From the NCBI GenBank assembly GCA_964187785.1, contig OZ076409.1, positions 47,370,001 through 47,430,000 of the forward strand: a DNA stretch of 60,000 nt. Reading direction: 5' to 3'. A program made the translations under genes and the position numbers. Under the pieces are notes generated by a model that worked only from the letters and a program-made list of their open reading frames with translations, was not told the origin of the DNA and searched no databases. Source of the stretch: Amphiscolops sp. MND2022. Its lineage: Eukaryota. Below, piece by piece: positions 48,001 through 60,000 of the stretch. Within the stretch, counting starts at the first letter, position 1. Each line of letters starts with the position of its first letter.

Positions 48001-50801
48001 GACACCAACTTTTTTTCAGGCTTCTTTCCAAACATAAACTCCCTCTCTCGTTTTCAGCAGAAAAAACAGCATTTTGCAAACATAGCGAGCCACTTTTCGC
48101 TTTTTTGGTACTTTGCGACTCACCGAATTCGCAAAAAACTTTCGAAATATTACTTTGAAAGCAAATTTCGGGAAATCTTTTGCATATATCAGTTTTTTGA
48201 GGTGTTCTGTCTGTAAAAGAAATGATTCCTGAGTCCTGAGGGTGATCTCTTTGTCAATTTTTGATCCTGTGCAACTCAGTTTCTACGAAAAAAATCTCAG
48301 AAAATAGGTTTTCTATAATGCTGTTGGGGTTTCCGAGTCTCTGGCGTATTTTTTGGGGTAATCTTTGGTGCTAAGGTAATGGTAAAAGTTTACTACTAGC
48401 ATCCTTTGCAAGTTGAAAAAAAACGGAGAGCTAACTTGTTATATTATTGCATATATCGTCATCAGAAGTGTACAAATTTGGAAAATTTTCATATTATCGA
48501 CAATTTTGGTCACTTTGAGACACTTTTCCAACACGAATCTACAGATGCCTCCTCTAAAAAGCCTGGACACCGAGTTTAGTTGTTGAATGTTTACACCATT
48601 CTAATCCACGAAACAACACGAAAATTATACAAACAAAATGCAAGAAAACGTTAAGAACGTTGTTTTTTGGGTTATTGTCAAGTTTTCTTCCTGCGTGGGA
48701 AAATGAAAAAAAAACATATTCTTTTTGATGGCGTACTCCATACCAAGTGATTTCGCCTGGAGCTTTTTGAATAATAAATACTTTACAAAGGAGGTCGAAA
48801 AAAAGTCTTGCGTTTTCAAGTGCTGTTTTTTGAAAATTGTGTGACTAAAAGTGACTGATATCTTTTATATCACACTATCGATAGCTACACGTTTCAATCC
48901 TGAGCCCATGAATTTTCTGATTGAAATAAACTTTCGGAAAGGGTTCAAAATTGGTACTATGTTGTCGAAAAAGGAGAAAAATCGGAAATTTTGACACCAT
49001 TATTGTCAAACTTAAGGAAATTTATCTCACTTTGTCTCTCAAATTGCTTTTTGCCTACCGTATTGTTTCAACGTTCAGGTCAATGGAGGTTCTATTCTAC
49101 AAAAACTTTCGTGGTTTGATCAAAAACTGTGATTCATTTGTCAAAAACTTGCATGTTTGGATTTTGGGTCTTTGAGGCCAATTCAAACAAAAATAGCAGT
49201 TATATCTTTAGAAACGCCTGTTATAGACACCAGAATTATTCGTTTTTGGGTTTTCTAAAACATTATATGCAAGGAAGTTGCTCAAAATGTTACAAAAACA
49301 GCATGAAAATTTTTTAAAAAGAATGTTCAGTGTTTTTCGCTTACTTTGGGTCAATCTGAGAAACTTTCTTTCATTAAAACAAGTTTCTTTTCACAAAGCA
49401 TGCCGGGAGCAGTTATGTCATCAGGAGCTTCTTGATGCTTTTTATCGACCAGTTTTTTAAATTTCAAACGAGAAATCACTTGAAAAAATTGGTGAAACGT
49501 TTAACATTTTCGAACTTTTACGGTCAATTTTGGGCCGTTTTCCAATGAAAGTTTGCTAATACGTCCTGAAAATGCCTATTGGATTATGAGTTAGTCGTTT
49601 TGAACGTTTTCCAACATTCTAACTCCAAAAACTTTCAGAAATTTCACATGAGTTACAACGAAACAAAGATGATGGAAGAGTCGTTCTGGAATGTTTTTGA
49701 AGCAAAACGCTGCAAAGTTTTCTTCAAAAGTGAATCTCCATGGCTCGTTCGTCAGTTTTAAACGTTTTGGAACTTCAAATCCATAATATTTTTCGGAAAT
49801 TATCCAGAAATTGCACTGGAATCTACAAAAATTTGAAAATTTTTGAATTTTCGACATTCTCTGGGTCAATTTGAGGCATTTTTCTTCACAAACTGTATTT
49901 ATCTTTTGATAAAAGCCTACTGGACAACGAATTCTTGTCTTATTGAACATTTTCAACATTCTAAGTGACGAAGTTTTCCGAAAATTCTACAAAAATTCAC
50001 ACTAAAAATTATAGACTTTGATACTTTGGGCGTCATTTTTCAGAGAAATGCATTTATCTCTTCATTAAAGACTAGTGGACAAAAATTTTTGCCTTTTTGA
50101 ATGTTTTGAACATTCTATTCCAAGATGTCCATCGAAAAGTTGGCAAAATTGCATAAAAACGTTGAAAATTAGGGACGGATTTTGGACTTCTGTTAATGTT
50201 GGGGTCAATTGCCAAGAAAATCCAAAAGTCCTCAAATACATATCACACGAAGCTAAAGTGATGTGAGTTGAATTCTATGGGTGACACCCTTAAATTTGAA
50301 TATAAATTTGGAACCTGGCAAATTTTGTAAAAAAAAAATCCGTTCGAGTTAAATATTTTCCTTTCACATATAGAAAATGGGCGGAAAACATTAAATACAT
50401 AAAGTGTTTATCAATCACCTTCCATCTAATTGCATAATTAGTGAAATATATTTGTTTTCAGTTGATACCTCAATCTAGAACCTGGGGTTTATATTCAAAT
50501 AGGACTGATACAATTAATACCACAAAATGCGTGTTCTGGTCTCTCTTCAATGCCGTAAGCGATGATGTTGCGAAAATGGCTGCCAGTGAGGCTCTACCTA
50601 AACAGAATTCTTGTATTTCTGTGCAGATTAATCTGCATAAAGAATGGAGTTCTAGAGAACACGCCAACTTTGTTGCAAACAAATTGAATAATTTTTGAAG
50701 TCCCTTCTATAAAAAAATATCAAGACGTAAAAAACGGAAAGACCAGCTGAGATGCCTATGCAACTTCAGTTACGAAATATGGTTTGCTCAATCATGGTAG
50801 T

Positions 50802-53800
50802 CGTTACACGGTGTAATACCGATTCGGAATTATTCGGTTCAAGAGCTTTCAATCAAATTGATCCCAAATTCAGCAATAATGATTCGAATTTATGTTGATA
50901 CATATTTACATAGTTACAAGCAAAATGCATGTTAGATTAGACTTATACAGAATAGTTGATTGTTGGTTTTGCTATAATTATCAGTTGATAGTTGGAAGAC
51001 TACAAGAAATACGCTACCTTTTTATTAGCAAACCAAAATAGATAATGGCGCAGTCAGCATTTCATTTTATCTAATGACGATGTTATCTTGAAACCAAGAA
51101 GATGACAGAAGAAACAAAAGTTGAAGTACCAAATTTCGAAGCCACCGCCGACGGAAAGAAGATATACACACCGAAACAATGGCTCGAAAGAATTGGACAA
51201 GACACGAAGTAACAAACGAGAACAACCTAAGTCGGCGCCATGAAAATTTCGGGAAAAAATGAGAAATTTGAACAGTCTCACAGTGCAGAAAAAAGGGAGC
51301 AAGTCTCATAGTGTCGAATAAAAGGTTTGGAAGGGCTTTTTATCTCATCTAAGAGGTATTGGATGCGTTGAAAATGAAGCACTAAGTACATATAAGTACA
51401 TATGGTAATAGTGCATAATGCACAAAAAGTGGACCGATCGCGTTGAACTGACGAAAAAAACTAGCCACTGTAAGAGTCTGGTGTTTCTTCGAAAACGCTG
51501 ACTGAAAACACAAAATGAACATACGGGGAGTAAAAATGACACAAACCTGTTGGTACAGGAAACAAACTGAAGTACAACAACATTTCATATATTTTCATTT
51601 GGCCAAGAAGCATTAAGTCAAATGATACAGGCAGAGTTCAAAACTGAACCAGACAAATTAGCGATCAAAGATTTAAAACAGTTGTTTACCGAGCACTTCC
51701 CATCGAAAACAAATGTAAACAAGAACGGGAGTGAATTCTTCTGGACGATAGAAGCCGAGACGGACATCTCGCAACACTTCTGGTGGAGACTGATAGAGTT
51801 TGGTAGAGAGTGCAATTTCGAAAGAGTTACACCCGAAGAATTACTTATCTGGAAATTCATGACCGCAAATACATACAAAAACCTCCGGAATAAACTAATG
51901 AAACAGAAAAAGCCGAAATGAAGAAAACGATCGAAATGATAAAACAGAAAACTTACGAAAAGAAGAACAGCAAAAACACATTACCGGAAGCACTGATATC
52001 CAACTGCGAAAAAACATTAAGGTAGGTTCGGTTCAAAGAATAGACAATTTCACATTGAGGTCAAAGAATGAGTTCGGTAACAGTACACTGTGTAAATTCT
52101 GTAATGCACCGGATTGGAGCCCATCACACAAATGTACCGCTTTAGATCAAACATGCAATAGTTGCGGAAAAAACGTTGCAGATCAGAAAACAAGCGCGAA
52201 CGAAAGATGCGGATTGTACCCCACAACAAAAGCACAACGATTGCAGAAGAGACCGACCAATCATATTCGACCATTCATAGAATTGAAAGAATCAAAGAAT
52301 AATTGACAAAAAAAATACTTGAAAACAACAGGGAAAATTAAAAGAACGAAGAAAGATTTATCATAGATACCGGATCACCGACAATAATAAGGCCCAGGGA
52401 TATTGAAATATTTAAAGAAACCGAAATACAAAAGATCCAATATCGGCACCAAGATGTAAACAAGACTGTAGTAAAATTCCGGAGGAAACCAGAAGAAAAC
52501 GATTTTTTTAAAAAATGTAAAAACACATTTCCGAAAAAAAACGATGAATACCACTGCTCGGAATTGACTGGCTTAAGAAATTAAAATTAACAATCGAAAT
52601 ATCCGATTGAAGGAGAGCAGCCAATCAGAAAAGAGAAGAGTCAATCAGAAAAGAATTGAACGACAATTGCAAAACTTTCAACCAAACAGGCTGATTTTGG
52701 AAAAACTTCTGAACCAAACTTCGGTAAAAAAAACGAATGACCGATAAAAGCATCACTGATATCGCAAGAAGATTGTCTGAAGAAACAAGCCGACAATGTG
52801 TCTTTGCCATAACCGGAAGAAATTTCAGCGGATAAAACTGGTTCAAAAAAAGTTTCTACAGATAAACCGACATCCCTACAAAATTTAAGAAAAAATTGAT
52901 CGAACACTGGATTGTTGTACAACGGCATGGTTAGAGGATTTAATTGTAGTAACACCTGGCAACAAGAAAGAACACGAAAAGAAACTACCTGATTTGCTGC
53001 TAAAATTGGAAAAAGCCACGTATTGGGCAAGAGAAAAAATCTGAAATCTATTAAAATGATAAGAATTTGTTGGGACATGGAATCACGAGAACGGTAAAAC
53101 ACCGAACAGAGAAAAAAACCATTTTAGATTTGAAACACCAGGGAAGCCAAAAACAATTGAAGTATTTTTTCGGAGCGATACAATGTCTAGCGAAAGTCTT
53201 ATCACGACCATCGGATTGAACCAACAGTCTACGAGAACTGCTGAAGAAACATACAAAGTGGAAATGGAGAAAAGAACAAGACAGAGTGTTCGAACCCATA
53301 AAAAAGTGTCAACCACATAACCGGGCTTTGCACAAACAAAGATAGCATCGTAACAGTGAATGCAAGCAAAACCGGTCTCGGAATAACACTGCGGCAAATA
53401 CAATCGGGGGCAAAAACAATCGGATGGCAAAAAAACCGATGGCGTTCCGGAGTAGATTTTCAAATGATACCGAAAACACTAATTAATTGAAAAGTGAGAA
53501 ATATTGGCAGTACTCCGGGTTTTCAGAAAATTCCGATTTCATTTAGGTGAGAAAGAAGGAAGGTATTCCTGTATACCGGCCACCAAGCCTTAAAGCAGCT
53601 AATTAGAAGAAATAGATGCAATGAACAAAATAGCGGCAGACTCACTAGAGGGTTAGATCGGTTAGCACATGTTGATACTGCAAAACAACACATAGGCGTC
53701 AGCAGCCTAAAACTTACCGAATTCCTCAGTAAAACTCCAGTAGAGGGCGCGACAACCGAAAGCGTATACGATCAACAATACGTAGCATGCCTTCTCACAG

Positions 53801-55862
53801 AACAAATTTATTGAATTTGCAATACGGAATAATCTTTGAAAAAACACAACAATCACAAAGCAAGGAACAACGCAGAGACACACGAGAGCAAAATAACCAG
53901 CCAATCAGAAAACAGTACAACAATCGAGAAAAACCGAAGCTAGAACAAAGTAAAAGAAAAAACAAAATCAGTCCGAATAACTACTCACAAAAGTTACAAA
54001 AATCCAATTTACCAAAACCGAATTTCCAAAAACAAATGGATCGTGATTACTTTGAGTGGGGTGCAAATACCAAAAAATGGTATTATTTCGAAGAGAAAAA
54101 AACGCTCGGAAACACTAGGGTTGGTCGAAGGGAGAAGATTGGAAATAGCTAGACCAGACCAATGCGGAGAAGAAATGATCAAGGCGCACAAAAAGCATTC
54201 TGGGTCACGTCCAGATCGAATAAAAGGAGTAGAGAGGAACTAGCAGAGATAAACAGGGAAGTAAGTAATCACATGCGACATTGAAGAAAGAGAGAAAATG
54301 TTTGAACCAGGTCTAGCCTCCAGTAGGAAATTGAATTATCATCTACCAACTTATAATAGCGGAATCCTGAAAACATTTCCTGAACCGGGACCAGAAGTTC
54401 AAGTTGATTTTCCCGTGAAATGACACGTCAAAAAATTAACGAAGGAACTCAAAGACTTGTAGCGGTTGATAGATTTAGCAAATAGACGACTGTAAAATAT
54501 GCAAAACATCGGAAACAAACGAAGTCACAAGTTTCTATCGCAAGTTTTTGATTTGTACGGAATACCGGAGAAGGTCAGATTGGACAATGGCGAAGCATTT
54601 CTTTCCGCAGAGTACATCGAATTTTGCAAATCGAGTAATATTGAAATTGAATACTGCAAATCGAAAAAACATACAGGTACGGGAGCAGACGAACGCGCGA
54701 TGCAAGCTATGAAGAACCAAATTATAGCTATTTTTGAATATAACTTACGCATGACCGAATGTGTTAATATAGCGTTTACAGTACTTCGATTTTTAACACA
54801 GAGGGGATTGAATATAACACAATTTGAGTTACACCACGACAGGAAACCGGGAACCGAACTGAACAATTTTCTTAAAGACGGTATATCGTACCTTTCTTAT
54901 TGGTCCCAATTATCAGTTTCAGCCGACAAGAAGCCAAACGTTCCGATATACGTGCCCATAGACGAAAAAGGTTACGTACCTAACTATTTGGTGGTGACCA
55001 ATACTAAAGCCGAAGAAAAAGCGGAAATTTCGGTGAGTGAGTATCCCTTTAAATTTGTAGAAAAGAATTATAACAAAAGTTCGCTTGCAGGAAAATTTCT
55101 TGAGAAAATGCAAACGGCGGTAAGCTGAACGGAACATACCGTAACTACCGAAGACGGAAAATTGATTCACCGAAAACATATTTTGGTACAAGTAACACGT
55201 TGTATTTCAGAGCGAAAAGTAGAAAAAACGGGCCCCGCAAAGTGGTGATAAATTAACACCGAAGAATTGACACTGCGTCCGCGGTGTAGATGGATAATAA
55301 ATTCAGTGGAACGAAATCCTGAGGGATATACAGGATGGAAAATTGAAAAATATACAGAACCGGGGGTGAAAATCAGACACCGAGTCTGAAAAAGAGAAAG
55401 GAGAGATCGATGTGACTTTCGAATGAACAACCCTGACATATCTGAAAGAAATGGATGCAAACCAATCCCGAAGATAGATTGAACTTCATATCGACGTCGA
55501 AATTCAATCCTGTTAGCAAAAAATTTGAAAACTAATAACCGAAAATACTTTCACAAGAGGGTTAAATCGAAATCAAAAGTAGACAACCGAATAGATACGG
55601 TGGAAACCATACACAAAAATTTTGGACATAATAAATATAGTCGTTGAAAATCTGTTTCAGGATTCATTCGAAGACAAGGAAACTTACCGTGACCATCGAA
55701 CTTTGAAAGAGAGCAAAGCCCAATGCCAGGCTCATCAAACCTGTAGAGGAATGTTCCCAGGAAGGGGAATGTTATACGGTGTAAAACGGATTCCGAATTA
55801 TTCGATTCAGGAGCTGTCAATCAAACTGATCCAAAATTGAGCAATAATGATTCGAATTTATA
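50802..55862 (+). mobile_element. Heavily decayed Mag-like Gypsy element with short LTRs
   Basis: Repeat 50802-50890 matches 55770-55860; PBS TGGCGCAGTC at 51046; PPT GGAAGGGGAA; CKFC..H.C.ALDQTCNSCGK knuckles, FIIDTGS protease, integrase YGIPEKVRLDNG. Confidence 0.85.
54499..55128 (+). pseudogene. Integrase core remnant
   Basis: YGIPEKVRLDNGEAFLS.EY.EFC...H.GTG..ER. Confidence 0.85.
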
Positions 55863-55864
55863 GA

Positions 55865-56197
55865 CCGTTTCAAAAAACTCGCTCTTTTTGCCTTCAAAGG
55901 GTCCCACCTTCAAGGATGCAGCAAACTAAAGTGCCAAAAAGCACAAAGGGTCTCCCTTTTAAAGTATTTCGGCACTATGAGTTTGTTCAAAATTCTCATT
56001 TTTCGTTTTTTATTTGAAAATTTCAAAAAAAAATTAGAATCTATTTGTTTCTAAAGGGTACCCCCTTCGACTTTTTTGATATTTTGCAACAAACTGGATT
56101 TGAAAAAGTCTAAAGGGTCCCCCTTTTACAATTTTAAGAACTTTGCTCCTTTTGAGCCTCTGATATAGCGCCGACTTTAGACGTTCCAGTCTTGTTT
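55865..56197. repeat. Copy of a dispersed repeat family (related pieces ~14620-14935, 25440-26060, 27700-28520, 51215-51345)
   Basis: Shared AAGGGTCCCCCTT-like, GGCACT(A/G)TGAGAC-like and GCGCCGACTT motifs. Confidence 0.55.
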
Positions 56198-58797
56198 TCC
56201 TTAAATTGAAATTTTCAATCGCTGAAACATTCATAGAGCTCAAATTATTTTCTAACGTTTATACGATTGAAATTTTATCAAAAGTTTTTGAACCACTCAT
56301 ATCAAAGTCGCATTTCATGTATCTAATGTATGATGTTGACCATGGTTATAACACAAGACGAGAAGCCAAAGGACTTCTGCCATCCGCTTCACACCGAAGA
56401 GTGATAAAGGAAAATGCTTTAAAAATACTATGAATAAATGCTGCAATTGGTTGAAATCAGACGACCTGATATCTCATCAACTCACTCCAACCTCCGAGGG
56501 ACTGAGAAGGTCTCTTACTGAAAAATTACGTTTTTATACGTTTTTATGTTGTGGACAATGAAGACTTTTTTGAACTATTTTTCCAAAAACTGAGGTATGT
56601 GTCAGCATTGTAATTTTTTCGAATTGTTTTTCAAGACAAGAACCAGACGAAGTGAAAGGTTCACTTCCTGTCCTTTTCGGGTTATAAATTGGGTTGCTCA
56701 ATGTACAACAACCGTGTTTAATCTGACCTGGATAACGAAATTCTTTTTCTGAAAAAGAAGAAGGAGATGGGACTATCCGAAGTCACCGTCCCGCTTAAAA
56801 CCTGAAAGTTTCAAAGAAATACTCACCGTGGTTTCAAGAAAATTTCAAAGTGGCAAGAAATATCCAAAAGTTTGTTCTTTTTCTTCAAAAAGTGCCAAAT
56901 AAAAAAAGACATCTTTTTATTTGGCATTTTTAGAAACTAATTCTTTCATATGAAAATTCATATTTTGGTTAAAAAATAATTAGATCAACGCATCCTTGTC
57001 ATTAAAATTCCAGAAACTTTTTAGAACGACATTAGTTCGAGGAAAAGGCAAGAAAATTTTTCAATAGTTGTTTTTTTAATAGTTGTCAAAAATGTTGATT
57101 AATTTTTACCACTCTGCTGGACAGCTCTCAAGTTAATAGAATGCCAATCGTTTTCTTTGTCAAGCAAAATACTACATAGGACAGATCTTGACACTTTCAA
57201 ACCAGCGTAGCTAGCTTGTCACATTGAAGCCTTACTAAAAACAAATGAACGTAGTCTGTGATATTGCATCGTCTTTTTATCGACACATCCATCAATCAGT
57301 ATTTTCACGCTGAGTTCTGGTGTACGTGGTTACGCAAGAGGCTTTTGATTACGTCATGATCGATCGAATTCATGAAGAGAGACGGAGATGCGTCCTCTAA
57401 GGAATACATGTGTTGGCATTACGGAGTCTTTGGAATGATTAACCTAATTATTATGGAAGCACACATTCTGTGTACTTCTAAGCGATATTAAATTCTCAGA
57501 ATATTCAATTTATCACATTTACCCGTCAAGCGAGCAGCTGCTAAACTAGTTTAGCGAAAATAAAAATGAAAAATGGGTCGTTATTTGTGGTTATTTTCCC
57601 AATATTCTCAACTTGGGAATCGCCTCCTTCGGAACTGTTACACTTTGGACATGTTTTATACCGAGATTCTTACCACTTCAGAGCTTCTAATTACAAGGTA
57701 CTAATTACGTGATTTGTTACACGTACATGAACATTTAGGTTTGTAATAGTTTCAATAATATATCTACTCGGGGCCTTTTTTATAAACAAAGATTATCGTA
57801 TTTATCAAACACTTGTACTCTGTGTAAGATTCTGATCGGTCAAATATGCAATTCCCGGATGAAACCACGCATCGATTATTTATAATTTTTACAAATTACA
57901 AGTTGAATTCAATTAAACTTTTGTGTTAATTCCTTTCTTGCGGCCAGCGACCGTCTATTAATCCTCCACCGCCGCATTCCTGCACTTCACGGTTGAAGGG
58001 TCGGGGGAGGATACACAATTGCACAATTGTAGGACAGGCGATGAAAGAAAATTAAGGAACAAGATAAATTCAAATTGCATTTTGTGTAATTTATCCTCAT
58101 TATTTATCAGATTATTTATCTCCCTGCTATTTCTCTGTCCTTTCCATCTTAAAGTTGTTGAAAGAAATCCATCCAGCAGTTCAGGTATTCGTGTCCATCG
58201 ATCCAAGGCCACCAGTATACGACACGAGGGAAAATTGAGGGAAGAAGAAAAAGCGGGATTGGATTGATTGTTTTCATGTCGTGCGGCCGGTGTCGAGTGA
58301 CGAGCATCTAATTCTTTATTCCGTCGTGTCACTTCCCAGATCAGCGGCGAGAGTTGGAGCTGTTACTTTGTCACTCCGTTCTATCGACGCTGTGATAGGC
58401 TGCTTGGCTTTGTCAGCCTTCAAACTGTTTTTATTACTTCACTCTAAGTTCACACCCTACCACACAAGATTCACACTTTCCAGTTAACATTGATTGCGCC
58501 ACTCAAATCACCTGGTCGTCTACAGTACACCTTTTATCACATCTGGTAACTCATAATTGCTACCAATTTTATAATTATAACATGCTATCCCGGTTACTTT
58601 GCCCCTATTGTTATCTTTAATTATTTATTACACTTTTAGTTCGCAACTCCAAATTCAGTCTGTCAATCTACCGTTAAACCCAGCGAAATCTAACAGAGGG
58701 CTCAATATACCATCGATAATCGCTCAATCTTAGAACTTTTCCTGTCTCGGACGATTGAGTTTTAATATATCCCGGATATCCATAAATAATAAAAAAA

Positions 58798-59453
58798 ATG
58801 AAAACAATTCTGCTGTCAGTTATTGCTATTACACTTCAATTTATAAAGGTTAGTCTTCAGTGTTTATTAATTTGCAGAGAATCCATTTTCTGCGTATTCA
58901 ATCCAGTTATTCGTAATTTTTGCTGGTTTATCAGCTTTTGCGTTTTTTTTTCGCAATCGAGGGACTGCATTTTGTCATAAGTAGCAGCAATATAACATGC
59001 AAACAGCACCTGTTTTGGCTTTTTGTTTCAAGTGAGTAGTATACCTTTATTAATAAGAGTGGAGAAAGATGTCGGCGATTGTTTTTTATGAGCTCAATGT
59101 TTTGTTTTCCTGTCCAGGTACTCAGGAGTGAAATGATCGTTGAGCTGGAAGTGATGCAGTTTTCCAACCCCAATTCCAAACTCAAGTCTGGCAAGTGTTG
59201 CAGTGGACAGGAAGGATCCAGAGGCAGATGTCCCTTGATGTGCCAGACTTTTTTCACCGCCTGTCTCTACGGCCAGGAAGGAGATTCCTGCCAAGACATA
59301 CATTACGCTCTTCTTCAGTCTCAAATCATGGGAAATAGCACTTTTTCCTCCTCGTCTTCCTTCTCCCCCTTTTCCCGGGACAGGGAGCATTCTACCCCCA
59401 AAACTCCAACTTCCAAATTCATCCTCTCTGGAAAAACAACTCAGAACGTACAG
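58798..59453 (+). CDS. Delta/Serrate-family Notch ligand, first coding exons 58798-58848 and 59118-59453 (signal peptide plus MNNL domain); gene continues past the window
   Basis: ELEVMQFSNPNSKLKSGKCCSG...C...CQTFFTACL...C...IMGNSTF matches the MNNL consensus; phase-0 splice sites. Confidence 0.85.
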
Positions 59454-60000
59454 GTAATACACCTACTGACTTTTTTGCCGCTTTTTATGATCTATTTTTT
59501 AAGCGGCATACTTTGAAAGTAGATAATTGTACCCGGGACAAAAGTTGCGGGGATTAGCAATTTAAAGATGCAATTTGGATGTTAAAATGTTACTCATTCA
59601 CGTGAGTTGAGTGCTGGAATGTGATTGAATGAAAGGAAAAAAGAATAGAAATTTTTCCTCTCATATTCAATCCAATTCACTGGAGTCAATTTACCTGTAG
59701 GCTTTTCAAATATGTTTAGTCCATTTAGTCTCTTTTTCTGTCCCCCTCAAAATTGTCCTCTTAAAGAGCAATCAACTTTAAAAAGCACTCTTTCGAAAAG
59801 TCGCCTTTATTGCGCACAGTTCAAAATATAAATATCGATCGATATTTCCTGCCGAAAATCCTTCCTTAGATTCTGCGCCATGTAAAAGTGAATGAAACTT
59901 CAACTTTTAAAACTTTTTTGCCTCTAACTTTGTGGTATGAAATATGTAGTGCTGTGGCTATGTAGTGAGGAGTATTATGATCAAAGTGGATTTTTTCAAA

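Noticed and set aside
45400..50700. Many short ORFs
   Set aside because: AT-rich, no motifs or coherent exon chain; probably old repeats or intergenic DNA
57958..58487. ORFs upstream of the Notch-ligand gene
   Set aside because: No protein features; probably promoter or 5' UTR sequence

Overview
AT-rich animal (invertebrate-type) genomic DNA, mostly nested transposable elements with two spliced host genes. The main feature is a complete 15.6-kb Ty3/Gypsy LTR retrotransposon on the minus strand (29463-45074; 1.63-kb TGTC...GACA LTRs; GTTTG target-site duplication), with two relatives at 1-2535 and 2913-~12900. This family has an unusual design. (i) Gag starts about 214 codons inside the LTR and reads through the PBS. 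(ii) Between pol and the 3' LTR lies an antisense, intron-containing gene for a BED-zinc-finger protein that resembles a catalytically dead hAT transposase; its intron positions are conserved between two divergent elements. (iii) A second, sense accessory ORF (acidic, SIM-like motif, CxxC) runs across the PPT and ends inside U3. Also present: a FLYWCH/MULE-type element that is the insertion target, MITEs with TA, 8-bp and 9-bp TSDs, RTE/CR1/other LINE fragments, a decayed Mag-like Gypsy, an orphan single-pass membrane protein gene and the 5' exons of a Delta/Serrate Notch-ligand gene. All calls are by eye; no database searches were run.
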